Below, in pieces: positions 10,362 through 21,581 of a DNA stretch of 64,000 nucleotides. The stretch comes from Alphaproteobacteria bacterium (GTDB lineage: Bacteria; Pseudomonadota; Alphaproteobacteria; SHVV01). How positions within the stretch are numbered: the first letter of the stretch is position 1; each line of letters opens with the position of its first letter. Location of the stretch: positions 3,328,001 to 3,392,000 of the forward strand of contig OZ253470.1 in the NCBI GenBank assembly GCA_965261735.1, given 5' to 3'. The notes beneath the pieces are model-generated. The model saw only the letters and a list, made by a program, of their open reading frames with translations, did no database searches and had not been told where the DNA came from. The position numbers were made by a program, and so were the translations under genes.

Positions 10362-10664
10362 TCAGAACGGATCACTGCTTTCTTCCGACACCATGGACCT
10401 CGTGGCCTCGGCAACCTCCCTTCCCGGCAATACGCCCTTGTCCAGAAACGTCAGCAGACTGCGCTCCGTGATATCGATGCCGCCCGATCTCAACACCTCA
10501 TGCATTTGAGCCACCGTCACTCCCTTCGCCTGTTGCTCGATCAGCCGCTTCCGCAAACGGTCCAGCACATCCGTCAGGCTCAGCTTAGGCAGCACAAGTT
10601 TCGCCAATTCACCGTCTATGGCATCGAAGTCGATATCCGCTTCATTGAAGCGTTTCGCCGGCAT
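10362..10664 (-). CDS. oriT-adjacent StbA/MobC-like small DNA-binding protein
   Basis: 100-aa helical ORF divergent from the relaxase, with an HTH-like segment KGVTVAQMHEVLRSGGIDITERSL. Confidence 0.55.
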   Translation of the reverse strand: MPAKRFNEADIDFDAIDGELAKLVLPKLSLTDVLDRLRKRLIEQQAKGVTVAQMHEVLRSGGIDITERSLLTFLDKGVLPGREVAEATRSMVSEESSDPF

Positions 10665-10857
10665 CGTCCATCTCCCGGCTGTTTACAGAATCCGCGATCA
10701 GGCCCGGATTCTGCCATTGGCCCGACAGCCGGTCAATTCCGCCGTTCGAACGGCCATTTCAAGTGTGCCGCCACGTTCCAAGGCAGGGCCAAATTCCTCT
10801 TGATCTCCGACGATGCAGTCTATATCATCTCGCGAAACATCAGATAGAGCATAAGCC

Positions 10858-10884
10858 GTTTCACACCTCTGCACCTTTGGTGCC
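10858..10884 (-). promoter_or_regulatory. putative oriT nic site (MOBF type)
   Basis: - strand GCACC-AAA-GGTGC-AGAGGTGT^GAAAC, i.e. hairpin + 8 nt + nick as in R388/F oriT, about 190 bp upstream of the relaxase. Confidence 0.7.
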
Positions 10885-11068
10885 ATGATTTCGATAAATG
10901 TAATGAAGTTTGCCCTGATTTGTAAAGATCGCCTGAACGTTTCGGTAAGTGATTGAAAAATAATTGAATTTCTAAGGCTGGAATCGTGAGAGCTACAACA
11001 GTCATAATCCAGCTGTACTCCGGGCAGGTTGTATCCCTACCCGGCAACGTCGTTACCGAGCTCGTGTC

Positions 11069-14000
11069 ATGGTAGCCACTCTGGCTCAGGCCGCGTCGGC
11101 CGCCTATTACCTGGAGAGCCAGCGCTCCTTTCGTCATCCCAACGAGTACTACACGGCAGGAGAAGAACCGGATGGCGTCTGGTTCAATCCGAAGGCTCTG
11201 TTCGGCCTTGCCGACAAAGGTAAGGTCGACAGTAGTGACTTTCACCGGCTGTATAGCGGCTTCGCACCTAACACTGGAGGCAAGCTTACACAGAACGCGG
11301 GCAGCGAGCGGCGGTCAGCGGGTCTCGACATGACGTTCAGCGCAGACAAGAGCGTTTCAGCCTTGTGGGCTGTCGCCGATCCGGAACTGCGTTCGGAGAT
11401 CGAGCGGGCGCATAATGATGCTGCCCGGGTAGCACTTGAGGAGACGATGCTCCGTCATTGCGCCTATACCCGCATCCGCAACCGGGACGGTGAGATCGAG
11501 GTGCTGCCCGCCGATATATCGGCGGCAATGTTCCAACATGGAACCAGCCGGGACAACGACCCGCAACTGCATACCCACTGCGTGATCTTCAATGCGGCCC
11601 GGACACACCGGGACGGCAAGTACCGGGCGCTGCATCAGCACCCGGTCTACACCTGGATGAAGGCAGCGGGAGCGGTCTACCGCAATACAATGGCCTGGAG
11701 CCTGCAAGAGCGTCTCGGTATCCGCATGGAACAGTATGGGAAGGATGGAGAGTTCACGCGGATCGCAGGCATGCCCGAGGATCTGATCGGACACTGGTCC
11801 AAGCGCCGGGCGGCGATTATCGACGCGGCCCGGGAGATGGGCTTTACAGTCGAGGGCAACGCGCCACGGGCAGCGGCGGCGAACAAGATCACACGGGCCG
11901 GCAAGTCACCAGATAATGACCCGGAAATTCGGCATCGACGCTGGCGCGGCGAAGCGGACGGCTTTATCGAACGCGAGGCGCTGGTCGTCTCGCTTTTGGG
12001 TAAGGCGGAGGAGATTACCCAAGAGCAGATTCGGGCGCTGACAGAAGTCCTGGAAGACTTGCCGTACCGCCTTACGCGCGAGGAAGCAGTCTTCCGCCTG
12101 CCGGATATCGTCGAGCGGGTGGGCAATGCAACCGCCGGATTGCTCGGCCGGGACGCGGTGGCGACAAGCATAGAGCGTGTCCTGCTGAGCCCGGAGGTGG
12201 TGCGCCTGACCCGCCCGCCGCGTTCGGCCGAGGGCCGGGCCGACATGGCGCACACGAGACTGTATTCAACCCGTCACAACCTGCAGATGGAGCAGGAAGT
12301 CCGGGATATGGCGGAAGGCATGACCGCCGATACGGGAAATTCCCTGTCTGCCCAGGCCATCGAGGCAAAGGTGACGGGGCTGCTGAAGGCGGGCTATCCG
12401 CTGAGCGAAGAACAGATAACGGCAATACGGTCGGTCACCTCATCCGCGGGCCGGGTCGCCATCATCGAGGGAGCGGCGGGCTCGGGTAAAACCACGACAT
12501 TGCGGCCCATCGCCGATCTCTACCGTGAACACGGACAGAGCATCATCGCCACCGCCGTGGCCTGGCGCACGGCGGTGGCGCTCGGCAACGACGTCGACGC
12601 GCGTCCCTTCTGCGTCGACAAGCTGCTGCGCCTCGCCGCACGGGGCGGGATCGAGATTAACAAGGACACCACCATCATCGTCGACGAGGCGGGGATGCTG
12701 TCGACCCGCCAGGCGCATCACATTCTCCAACTCTCCGAGCGCCATGGAGCGAAGATCGTCTTCGCGGGCGACACCCAACAACAGCAGCCCGTTGAGGCGG
12801 GACCGGGGCTGAGGCTGATCCGTGACGCCGTTGGCAGTGTGCGGGTGGACCGCATACGGCGCCAGAAGGCGGACCTGGAGGATATCCTGACCCATATCCA
12901 GGGGGAGACACCTGAGAGGGCACGGCTCCTGGCGAGTTCGATGGGAGAGGAGAGGCGCACCAGACTTCTTAACTACTACGAGAACATGAAGGGAAAACTT
13001 GTATTTACGCCCTGGCAGGTCGCTGCATCCGAGGCGCTGCGCGACGGCGATGCGGCATCGGCCATTGCAGCGCATCATCTGCGCGGGCGGTTCCATATCG
13101 GGTATGACGAAGAAAAGACGCTGACGGGCTTGGTCGACGACTGGGACCGCTACCAGCGGGTGAACCCCGGCAAGTCCAGCGTGGTGCTGGCGCGCACACG
13201 GGCCGAGGTGAGGGCACTGTCGCATCTGATGCGGGAACGCCGGTTCGCTGCACCGTCGGATGGAGAGCGGGCCGATGCGGACCGGGTCACGGTGATCGTC
13301 AGCAGGGGCACCGAAGACGATCGGACAACCTCGCCGCTGGAGATCGTACGCGGCGATTGCTTGCGCATCGGCGCCACCCACTGGGAGAAGCAGCTGTTCA
13401 ACGGCACCGTGGTCACGGTGGAAGACTTCAAGGTTGAAAAAGCTGAGGCCGGTACGGAGCCGAGTGTCCTGATATCGGCGCGCACCGAAGATGGGCGAGC
13501 CGTATCGTTCCATCACGACGAGATCCGCGACTGGTACGGCAATATCCGTCTCGATCACGGCTATGCCCTCACCATCACATCGGCCCAGGGGCTGACCGTG
13601 GACCGGACGTTCCTGCTGGCCGACGCAAGGCCCTCGCGAGAAACGATCTATCCGGCGGCTACGCGCCATCGCGAGGCACTGGATATATATGTCAACCGGG
13701 CGCCGCTCGCCCTCGATATCGCCGACAGGCGGGCCGACAACGACCGGGAAGCGGCGGTGACGGACACCGAGATCCGGGCGTATCTGGCCGAACGCTGGTC
13801 GCGCTCGCAGCCGAAGGAGGCGGCGCTCGACTACATGGCCGATGGCGTATGGGAAGACCGCCGGGAGAATGTCCGGGAGGACAAGGCCCGGTTTGTTGGA
13901 GAAACACAGGGAGAACCATCAGAAGCCCGGGCGGCGGCGAACGACAACGCCCTGGCCCGCATCGCGCGGGATGTCCGGCGCACCGCCTTCGCCTGGCGCC

Positions 14001-16600
14001 ATGCCCAAACGGTGTCTTCGTTTGCCGACGGCCGCAGGCAAGTTCTGGCGGCTTACGACGATCTCCGCGAACGGACCCGCATTGAAGGCGACACAGTAGC
14101 CCTCGGAGGGGCTTTCCAGGAGACCCTCACCCGTCATGCCATATTGCTGAAACAAGCGGAGACCTTCCGCGCCCGGCCGGACGATTTCGCGTCCCTGCTG
14201 GCCGAACGCGGCGGCATCGCCCGCAAGGACCTCGACGTCTTCGAGGACCTCCATGCCCGGGCGCGGCGCCACCGGCGCGCGGCCACGATGCGGCACCTGC
14301 ATCGGATCAAGCGGGAGGCGGAACAGGAAGCGCAACATCCGAAACCCGAATTGCAGCAAGGGGAGCTGGCGCTGGAGGGCGGCCGCGCCGAAGCGCCCAG
14401 GCGCGCCGATACGGTGACGCGGGACACGGCCGGGATGCAGTCTCCCGTTCGTGACGCGGCGCCGGCCCAGTACCTCGACACCGTCCCGCCGGTCGAAGCC
14501 GAAGATTACCCCTGGGCACACGCCGCGGCCGCGCAGGAGGATGTGCCGCCGCCCATGCCGTCCCACGATCGTGCCACGGTGCAACCCGAAAGCGCCGTTA
14601 CGCCACCCGATGCGGCGGCGCCCCTCACCGATGCCGAACCCGCAAATCCGGACTGGCTGGCGCCTTACGAAGCCTTTCAGCGGGACTGGAATGAACTGAT
14701 CGAACGAGTCCAACAAACCGGGGAGCCGTTATTCTACGCCAAGGGATACGCGGCCATGATCCCGCGCATCCGGGCGCTGGCGGAGAACCCGGATATCCCG
14801 GCCGGGACACGGGCGCCGATGATCGAGGCATTCGAAAAGTACCAACGGGATCTCTCGGCGCGCCAATACGTCGAGGACTTTCTTGACGCCGCCGAACGGC
14901 ACATGAACACGCATGCTTCCCTCCAGCGCGTCGCCGACAGGCTCGGTGTTCGGATCGTTGAGGTATCGGATCACCTGGGCTGGAGGCAGGAAGCGGACCG
15001 TCTGACAGAAGTGGCCGAGGCCATCCTCGCGGACGGCGAGAGGTATGGCGTTCATCTCGACAATATGGAAACCGGTAGGGTGCGCATGGAAGGGGAACTG
15101 TCACGGCTGCGCCGCATCATCCGGGAGGATGGTGAATTTGCCGCCGTAGGCAGGAAACCGGAACCGCGCAGCGAACCCGTGGATACACGGGAGGAAGTCG
15201 AACAACCGGAGCCTGGGGAGGCGGCCTGGATCCCCGCCTACAAAGCCCTGCGGCAGGACTGGAACAGCCTCATCGAAGACGCCCGACAAACCGGTGTCCC
15301 ATTATTCTATGCCAAGGGCTACATGGACATCATCCCGCGCGTCTGGGAATTGATGGAGAACGGGCAAATCCCGGCCAAGTCACAGGCGCCCTTGATCCAG
15401 GTGCTTGAGAACCACCAGCACTATCTCTCTACCCGCAAACATATCCTGGACTATCCGGGCGAAGTGGAACGCCACATGGATGCACGAGCCTCTCTCCATG
15501 ACGTTGCGGCGGATCGGGAAATCGAGCTGACAGCGGTTTCGACCTATCCGGACTGGCGGCAGGAGGCCGAGCGCCTGACGGCGACCGGCAAGGCCATCCT
15601 CTCCGGCAAGGAAACATACGGCGCCCATCTTGAGAGACTCGTCACGGCCAGGACGCACATGACAAGGGCGCTCTCGGCGCTTCGCGAGGTGATTGGGCAT
15701 GATGACAAGGAGCTGGCCGAACGGCAGGCGCGTGAACTGCGGCGTTTGCGAAACCGCCACTGGGTCGGTCCCCGGTTCGCTTTGGATGACGGCACCGCGC
15801 TGGACGCGGCGCGGGCCATGTCCCCCAGCGCATCGCCTGTGCAGGCGGCACTCTCCGGGCTCGGCCGAGCCATCGGCTACCTCGTCAGCGGGCAGGACTA
15901 CCAAAATCGGCTGCGGGATGCGAGGTTCGCGCGGCAGGCTCTGGAGCGCTCGGAGGCATTGAAGCGGGACTGGAACCGCCAGGTGGATCGTGCCGCGGAG
16001 GAGGGCGTCCATGTCATCTACACGGATGGCTACGACCGTCTGCACAAGGGGCTGGACAAGGTCTCCCAGAACATGCTCCTGGATCGGGGCGTCAAATCGG
16101 AGATCAGTACGGTGCTCGCTCAAATCGGCAAGGTCGTGTCAAGCCGCGACTACTTCGACGATTGCCGCGAACACATGGTGTGCCAGATGGACCGCCGAGA
16201 GGCGCTGGTGGCCAAGGCGGCCGAGCGGGGCATGGCGGTTCCCGACCTTGGGCCCTATGACACATGGCGGGACGTGACTGACTTTGCGGTGGGCCGCTGC
16301 GAGGAACTCATGGACGACCCGGGGAATTACGGCATCCACCTCGATTACATTGCACACACGCAAGAGAGCCTCGACTCAGCACTCGCTTGGGTTCGCGAAG
16401 TGCTTGAAGACGACGACCGGCACTTAGCTGTGACCCTAGCAGGGCAACAAGAGGGTGAGGACATCCGAATGCGCGAGCAGCGCGTCGCCCGACTCCTCGA
16501 CGATCCGGAGAAGCTCCGGGAGTTGCGGCAACAGCGCGCCGAGCGCAAGGCCGAAAAGCAACAACAGAGCAAGGGCCGCCATTGGAGCATGCGAATGTAG
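11069..16600 (+). CDS. MOBF (TrwC/TraI-like) relaxase-helicase with long repeated C-terminal extension
   Basis: N-terminal YY...EYY, DMTFSADKSVS, HUH motif DPQLHTH; Walker A GAAGSGKTT, DEAGM, SAQGLTVD. Confidence 0.95.
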   Translation: MVATLAQAASAAYYLESQRSFRHPNEYYTAGEEPDGVWFNPKALFGLADKGKVDSSDFHRLYSGFAPNTGGKLTQNAGSERRSAGLDMTFSADKSVSALWAVADPELRSEIERAHNDAARVALEETMLRHCAYTRIRNRDGEIEVLPADISAAMFQHGTSRDNDPQLHTHCVIFNAARTHRDGKYRALHQHPVYTWMKAAGAVYRNTMAWSLQERLGIRMEQYGKDGEFTRIAGMPEDLIGHWSKRRAAIIDAAREMGFTVEGNAPRAAAANKITRAGKSPDNDPEIRHRRWRGEADGFIEREALVVSLLGKAEEITQEQIRALTEVLEDLPYRLTREEAVFRLPDIVERVGNATAGLLGRDAVATSIERVLLSPEVVRLTRPPRSAEGRADMAHTRLYSTRHNLQMEQEVRDMAEGMTADTGNSLSAQAIEAKVTGLLKAGYPLSEEQITAIRSVTSSAGRVAIIEGAAGSGKTTTLRPIADLYREHGQSIIATAVAWRTAVALGNDVDARPFCVDKLLRLAARGGIEINKDTTIIVDEAGMLSTRQAHHILQLSERHGAKIVFAGDTQQQQPVEAGPGLRLIRDAVGSVRVDRIRRQKADLEDILTHIQGETPERARLLASSMGEERRTRLLNYYENMKGKLVFTPWQVAASEALRDGDAASAIAAHHLRGRFHIGYDEEKTLTGLVDDWDRYQRVNPGKSSVVLARTRAEVRALSHLMRERRFAAPSDGERADADRVTVIVSRGTEDDRTTSPLEIVRGDCLRIGATHWEKQLFNGTVVTVEDFKVEKAEAGTEPSVLISARTEDGRAVSFHHDEIRDWYGNIRLDHGYALTITSAQGLTVDRTFLLADARPSRETIYPAATRHREALDIYVNRAPLALDIADRRADNDREAAVTDTEIRAYLAERWSRSQPKEAALDYMADGVWEDRRENVREDKARFVGETQGEPSEARAAANDNALARIARDVRRTAFAWRHAQTVSSFADGRRQVLAAYDDLRERTRIEGDTVALGGAFQETLTRHAILLKQAETFRARPDDFASLLAERGGIARKDLDVFEDLHARARRHRRAATMRHLHRIKREAEQEAQHPKPELQQGELALEGGRAEAPRRADTVTRDTAGMQSPVRDAAPAQYLDTVPPVEAEDYPWAHAAAAQEDVPPPMPSHDRATVQPESAVTPPDAAAPLTDAEPANPDWLAPYEAFQRDWNELIERVQQTGEPLFYAKGYAAMIPRIRALAENPDIPAGTRAPMIEAFEKYQRDLSARQYVEDFLDAAERHMNTHASLQRVADRLGVRIVEVSDHLGWRQEADRLTEVAEAILADGERYGVHLDNMETGRVRMEGELSRLRRIIREDGEFAAVGRKPEPRSEPVDTREEVEQPEPGEAAWIPAYKALRQDWNSLIEDARQTGVPLFYAKGYMDIIPRVWELMENGQIPAKSQAPLIQVLENHQHYLSTRKHILDYPGEVERHMDARASLHDVAADREIELTAVSTYPDWRQEAERLTATGKAILSGKETYGAHLERLVTARTHMTRALSALREVIGHDDKELAERQARELRRLRNRHWVGPRFALDDGTALDAARAMSPSASPVQAALSGLGRAIGYLVSGQDYQNRLRDARFARQALERSEALKRDWNRQVDRAAEEGVHVIYTDGYDRLHKGLDKVSQNMLLDRGVKSEISTVLAQIGKVVSSRDYFDDCREHMVCQMDRREALVAKAAERGMAVPDLGPYDTWRDVTDFAVGRCEELMDDPGNYGIHLDYIAHTQESLDSALAWVREVLEDDDRHLAVTLAGQQEGEDIRMREQRVARLLDDPEKLRELRQQRAERKAEKQQQSKGRHWSMRM

Positions 16601-16785
16601 TCCGGGCTGGTCGCGCTGGCGACAGGATCGCGATAGCGTCGTTCATCGGACGAAGGGAGTCCACGACACGACCAAGGTACGTGGGGTGCGCGCTGCACGC
16701 ATGACCGGGGCTCGCGTCCTCGCTGCGGACAGTAAATCTGCACGAATGCTTGCACGCTGGGCAATGCTCGACCAGAACGGGATTG

Positions 16786-19700
16786 ATGGCGGGAACGAAC
16801 ACAAAGTTGTCGACGGCGGTTGAGGCGTATTTTGCCGACCTCGAACGGGTGCGCGCGTCGGGCGGCGCAACCGGGGAACGCTCTTCGTACGGGCCGCTCG
16901 CCAATCTGCTGAACGCCGTCGGCGCGTCGCTCAAGCCGAAGGTGTTCTGCGTAGGCGAGCTTGCTGATCAGGGTGCGGGCCATCCCGACTTCGGCCTTTA
17001 TTCGGCGAAGCAGGTACAGCGGGGTCGGCCTCGCAAAGGCCAAGTACCGGAACGCGGTGTCGTCGAGGTGAAGGCGGTGGACGACGATGCCTGGCTCACG
17101 GCGGCGGGCGATCAGGTCAGCCGCTACTGGGGGCGCTATCGGCTGGTGCTCGTGACCAACACGCGCGATTTCGTGCTGGTGGGCGAGGACGCGGCGGGCC
17201 GCCCGGCGAAGCTCGAAACCTTCCGGCTTGCAGACAGCGCGGATGACTTCCGGCACCAACTGGAAAAGCCCCGCGCATTTGCCCGCGCGGCCGGTGCTGG
17301 CCTCGGAGAATATCTCGGCCGTGCGTTGTCGCACCGGGCCGCGCTGGCGGAGCCGAAAGATCTTGCGTGGCTCCTTGCCTCATATGCGCGCGACGGGCTG
17401 GCGCGGGTCGAGGCGGCGGGCGATGCACCGGCGCTTGCAACGGTGCGCGCCGCGTTGGAAGACGCCTTGGGCGTGCGCTTCGAGGGCGAGCGCGGCGCGC
17501 GCTTCTTCCATTCGACGCTTGTGCAGACGCTGTTCTACGGTGTCTTCTCCGCGTGGGTCCTGTGGGCGCGGCAGAGTCCGCCTCCCGTTGGCGGGTTCGA
17601 TTGGCGCACCGCGGTCTGGCATCTGCGAGCGCCTGTGCTGGCGGCGCTGTTCCAGCAGCTATCGCAGCCGGGACGACTGCAACCGCTCGGACTCGTCGAA
17701 GTGCTTGACTGGACGGCCGCTGCGCTCGACCGGGTAGACCGGGGAATGTTCTTCTCGCGGTTCAACGAAGGCGAAGCGGTTCCTTATTTTTGCGAGCCGT
17801 TTCTGGAAGCCTTCGATCCCGAACAGCGCAAGCAGCTGGGGGTCTGGTACACGCCGACGGAAGTTGTTCGCTACATGGTCGCTCGCGTTGACAAGACGTT
17901 GAGGGACGATCTCGGCATCCCGGAGGGGCTGGCGGCGGAGAATGTTTATGTGCTCGATCCCTGTTGTGGCACGGGGGCCTATCTGGCCGAAGTACTGCGT
18001 CGTATCGCGGCCAATCTTGAAGGTCTGGGCCTCGGGGCGCTCTCTGGCGCGCGGGTGAAACAGGCGGCGACCGAAAGAGTGTTTGGCTTCGAGATCATGC
18101 CCGCACCTTTTGTCATCGCGCATTTGCAGGTCGGTTTGACGATGCAGGGCCTCGATGCAACGCTTGCCGAGGACGGAACTGAGCGCGCCGGGATATTCCT
18201 GACCAACGCGCTGACCGGCTGGGAGCCGCGCGCGACCAAACCGTTACCATTCCCGGAACTGGAGGAAGAGCGCGACCGCGCGGAGAGAGTGAAGCAGGAA
18301 ACGCCGATCCTCGTGATCCTCGGTAATCCGCCATACAACGGCTTCGCCGGGATGGCGGTGGACGAGGAAAGGGAACTGTCGGAAGCCTACCGCACGACGA
18401 AGCGGGTGCGCCAACCGGAAGGTCAGGGGTTGAACGACCTCTACGTTCGCTTCTTCCGCATGGCCGAACGGCGGATCGCGGAGAAGACGGGCCGAGGTGT
18501 TGTCTGCTTCATCTCCAACTATTCCTGGCTGGACGGCCTGTCATTCACGGGGATGCGGGAACGCTATCTTGGAGTCGTTCGATGCCATCCGCATCGACTG
18601 CCTGAATGGCGACAAGTACAAGACAGGCAAGGTCGCGCCGGACGGTACGCCGGACCCCAGCATCTTCTCGACCGGGGGCGATCCGGTCGGCATCCAGGTC
18701 GGCACCGCCATCGCTACCCTGGTGCGCAAGGCAGAGCACGCGCCAGCGGAGACAGAGTCGCTCTACGGAACCGTGGAGCCCATACTGCCGCTCGGTCTGC
18801 CCTTTGTGCGGACGGCGGTGAGCGCGGGCTGGTTCGACTGGCCATCGCTGCCCGATCTTTTTCCGGTGTCCTTCCCCGGAGTCCAGACCAAGCGCGACTC
18901 TTTCTTGATCGACGTCGATTTTACCCGGCTTAAGGAACGGGTAAGCGCTTACTTCGACCCGGATCTGAGACACGAGGAAATTGTGCGGCGTTATCCGGTA
19001 TCGATTAAAAGTTCGTCCGGCTTCGTGGTTCGTGACGCACGTGCTGTTCGAACTGCGCTGCTGAGCCGCGGAGGTCCAAATGAAGGCGGGTTTGTCCGGT
19101 TCGCGTATCGGCCATTCGATGATCGCTGGCTCTACTGGGACGCGGGGCGTGGTCTACTTGGTCGCCCGAGCTCGGATTATTGGCCGCACGCGTTTCCAGG
19201 AAACCCGTTCATCGAGGCACGCGAACGCGACACCAAGGAAACATTTTCAAGGGGCACCTTGGTTCGGACTCTTGCTGACAATTTCGGAAACGGCTTTTCA
19301 AGCTTCTATCCGATGCAACTCCGCGACAACGGAATCGGGAACGATGGCGCCGCCACGCACCGCCCCAATCTTTCCGCCACCGCGCAACGATATCTCGACT
19401 GCCTTGGCCTCGGCATCGAAGACTTGTTCCATCACGTCCTCGCTACCTTGCATGATCCCGCCTATCGCGAGGCCAACGCCGGGGCGCTGCGCATGGAATG
19501 GCCGCGCATCCCGCTGCCGGGCTGGCCGGAGGGCGGAGCCGACGGCGCGGCTGAGGCAATCGCGGTATCAGCGGCACGCGGTCGCGAGCTCGCCGCACTG
19601 CTCAATCCCGAAGCGCCCGTCCGCGGCGTGACGCAAGCGCCCCTGCGCCCGGAGTTCGCCGCCATCGCCGTCCCGGCTACCGTGGACGATCGCAACATGG

Positions 19701-20089
19701 CGGGCGACGATTTCGCAGTCACTGCGGGCTGGGGTCATTACGGCCAAGGCGACGCCGTGATGCCGGGTCACGGCCGCACCGCCGAACGAGCCTTCTCGGC
19801 CGCAGAGCGTGCGGCCTTGAACGACGCCTCCTCCGTGCTTGGAGAGAGGACAATCGATATCTACCTGAACGCTGATGCATTTTGGCGCAACGTGCCGGAG
19901 ACCGTTTGGAACTATCGCCTCGGCGGCTACCAAGTCCTCAAGAAATGGCTCTCGTACCGCGAACGTCCCATCCTTGGCCGTCCGCTCAAGCTTGAGGAAG
20001 TCCAGTATTTCTCTGACATGGCACGGCGTATTCAGGGAATCATCTTCTCGATGCCCCACGACTTATCTATACGGGAGGGCTCTCATTGA
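16786..20089 (+). pseudogene. fused restriction-modification enzyme (nuclease + N6-adenine MTase + type ISP-like C-terminal TRD, no helicase), +1 frameshift at about 18570
   Basis: PDFGL...VVEVK nuclease, GVWYTP, DPCCGTG, GNPPY; the second frame continues ESFDAIRID...YRPFD...LGGYQVLKKWLSYR. Confidence 0.85.
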
Positions 20090-21561
20090 CAGACCTTACC
20101 GAAGACTCTCCGCGACACGGCATATTTTCTGTTGCTCCTAACCAACGGGCAAATGGTTCGTTGACACTGGCAGGTCGAGAATCCAAATTGCAATTGTGGT
20201 CAGACAGTCCACTCGATATATCTACAAACTCAACTATTACCGGGGTACTGGATAATCTTACAAAAATTTCATTGATTGGATGCAATGTCAGAAGCGAAGG
20301 CCATGTGGGAAAGGGAGTGCAGATACGATACAACTATTTTGTATCAACACAATGTGTTCTTTTTGGGAGCCACCATATTTCGGCTAATGAGAGCGTTGTG
20401 CATGAAATTTTATTTGTTCTAAAACACGCAGTAGCATTGTTTCATGACTCCGATGCGTACGGCACAATCTTTAATAATGCCGCAGCTACCGCAATGGTAG
20501 CCAAATTTGACAACCCTGACACAGCAGTCGATATCGAAGACTCAAATTGGATATCCTATTACACCGGCAAGAAATCCGTATTCACCTCCGACACAGTGAT
20601 TGGTCGGGTATCGGCAAATCATACTCCCGTCTTTACGATCGACAATGACCGTGATCATGGACTGGAAAAAGTTACCGAACTGAGCATCAAATTCGATGAG
20701 CCACAGCCAGTGATTGAGTCATTGCATAGAATGGGGAGGGTACTACAGTTCTTCGATCTGGTTGTCGGGTATGCTCAAAATGTATCGTCGATAAGGGTCC
20801 ATACTGGATACGATGACCCATCTCATTCCTTTGAGTTGTATGCAATAGGCTATGCAGAATGGCGTTCCACCGGAGAGGAACCGGAAAGCGGAAACATTCT
20901 GCGCACGACGGTTCTAATTCATCCGGTCGACGATCCGACACAATTCTCGAATGTCCTTAATTCTTGGTTGGACAGGGATGTTGGGTGGCGCACCGCTCGG
21001 GTTAGACTGGCTCATGATTGGGGCAAACGGTTCTACCATTACAATCGTATAATAGCGGCGGCCAACGTGTTTGATCTTGTTCCAAATGAGGTCTATGGGA
21101 ACAAGCCACCTTTGGCTTCAAATTTGTCTGCTGCCTTGGACGCTTCGAGACAAATTTTCTGCGGCTTGACACCGAGCGACGAACGCAACGACATTCTTGA
21201 ATACTTGGGAAGAGTCGGCGGCTGGAGACTCAAGCGAAAGATTGCTTTCAGGGCGAAGAACATTCGCGATTCGATAGGTCAACTATTACCAGAATTCGAA
21301 ACTGTAATATACGAAGCAGTCAACCTGCGGAATCATTACGTTCACGGATCTCCGTCCCGCATGAGGAGTGATCAGAGATTACCATTGCTGCATTTTCTGA
21401 CAAATTCTCTGGAATTCATTTTTTTCGCGTCGGACTTCATAGACGCTGGATGGAACATTGCTGATTGGTGTAGCAAGGGCAGGCCAATCGGGCATCCATT
21501 TCATAATTACCTCGTCCATTACAAAGAAGATTTGAAGGTGTTGAAAGACGCGCTCGAATAA
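20086..21561 (+). CDS. ApeA-like HEPN domain protein
   Basis: 491 aa; C-terminal RNHYVH (Rx4H) HEPN motif; beta-rich ApeA-type N-terminus; AT-richer than flanks; start overlaps the upstream stop. Confidence 0.7.
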   Translation: MTDLTEDSPRHGIFSVAPNQRANGSLTLAGRESKLQLWSDSPLDISTNSTITGVLDNLTKISLIGCNVRSEGHVGKGVQIRYNYFVSTQCVLFGSHHISANESVVHEILFVLKHAVALFHDSDAYGTIFNNAAATAMVAKFDNPDTAVDIEDSNWISYYTGKKSVFTSDTVIGRVSANHTPVFTIDNDRDHGLEKVTELSIKFDEPQPVIESLHRMGRVLQFFDLVVGYAQNVSSIRVHTGYDDPSHSFELYAIGYAEWRSTGEEPESGNILRTTVLIHPVDDPTQFSNVLNSWLDRDVGWRTARVRLAHDWGKRFYHYNRIIAAANVFDLVPNEVYGNKPPLASNLSAALDASRQIFCGLTPSDERNDILEYLGRVGGWRLKRKIAFRAKNIRDSIGQLLPEFETVIYEAVNLRNHYVHGSPSRMRSDQRLPLLHFLTNSLEFIFFASDFIDAGWNIADWCSKGRPIGHPFHNYLVHYKEDLKVLKDALE

Positions 21562-21581
21562 TGCTCTTCTAGGGTTGCAGT

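Noticed and set aside
11337-16363. Numerous overlapping ORFs within the relaxase
   Set aside because: High-GC shadow frames without motifs.
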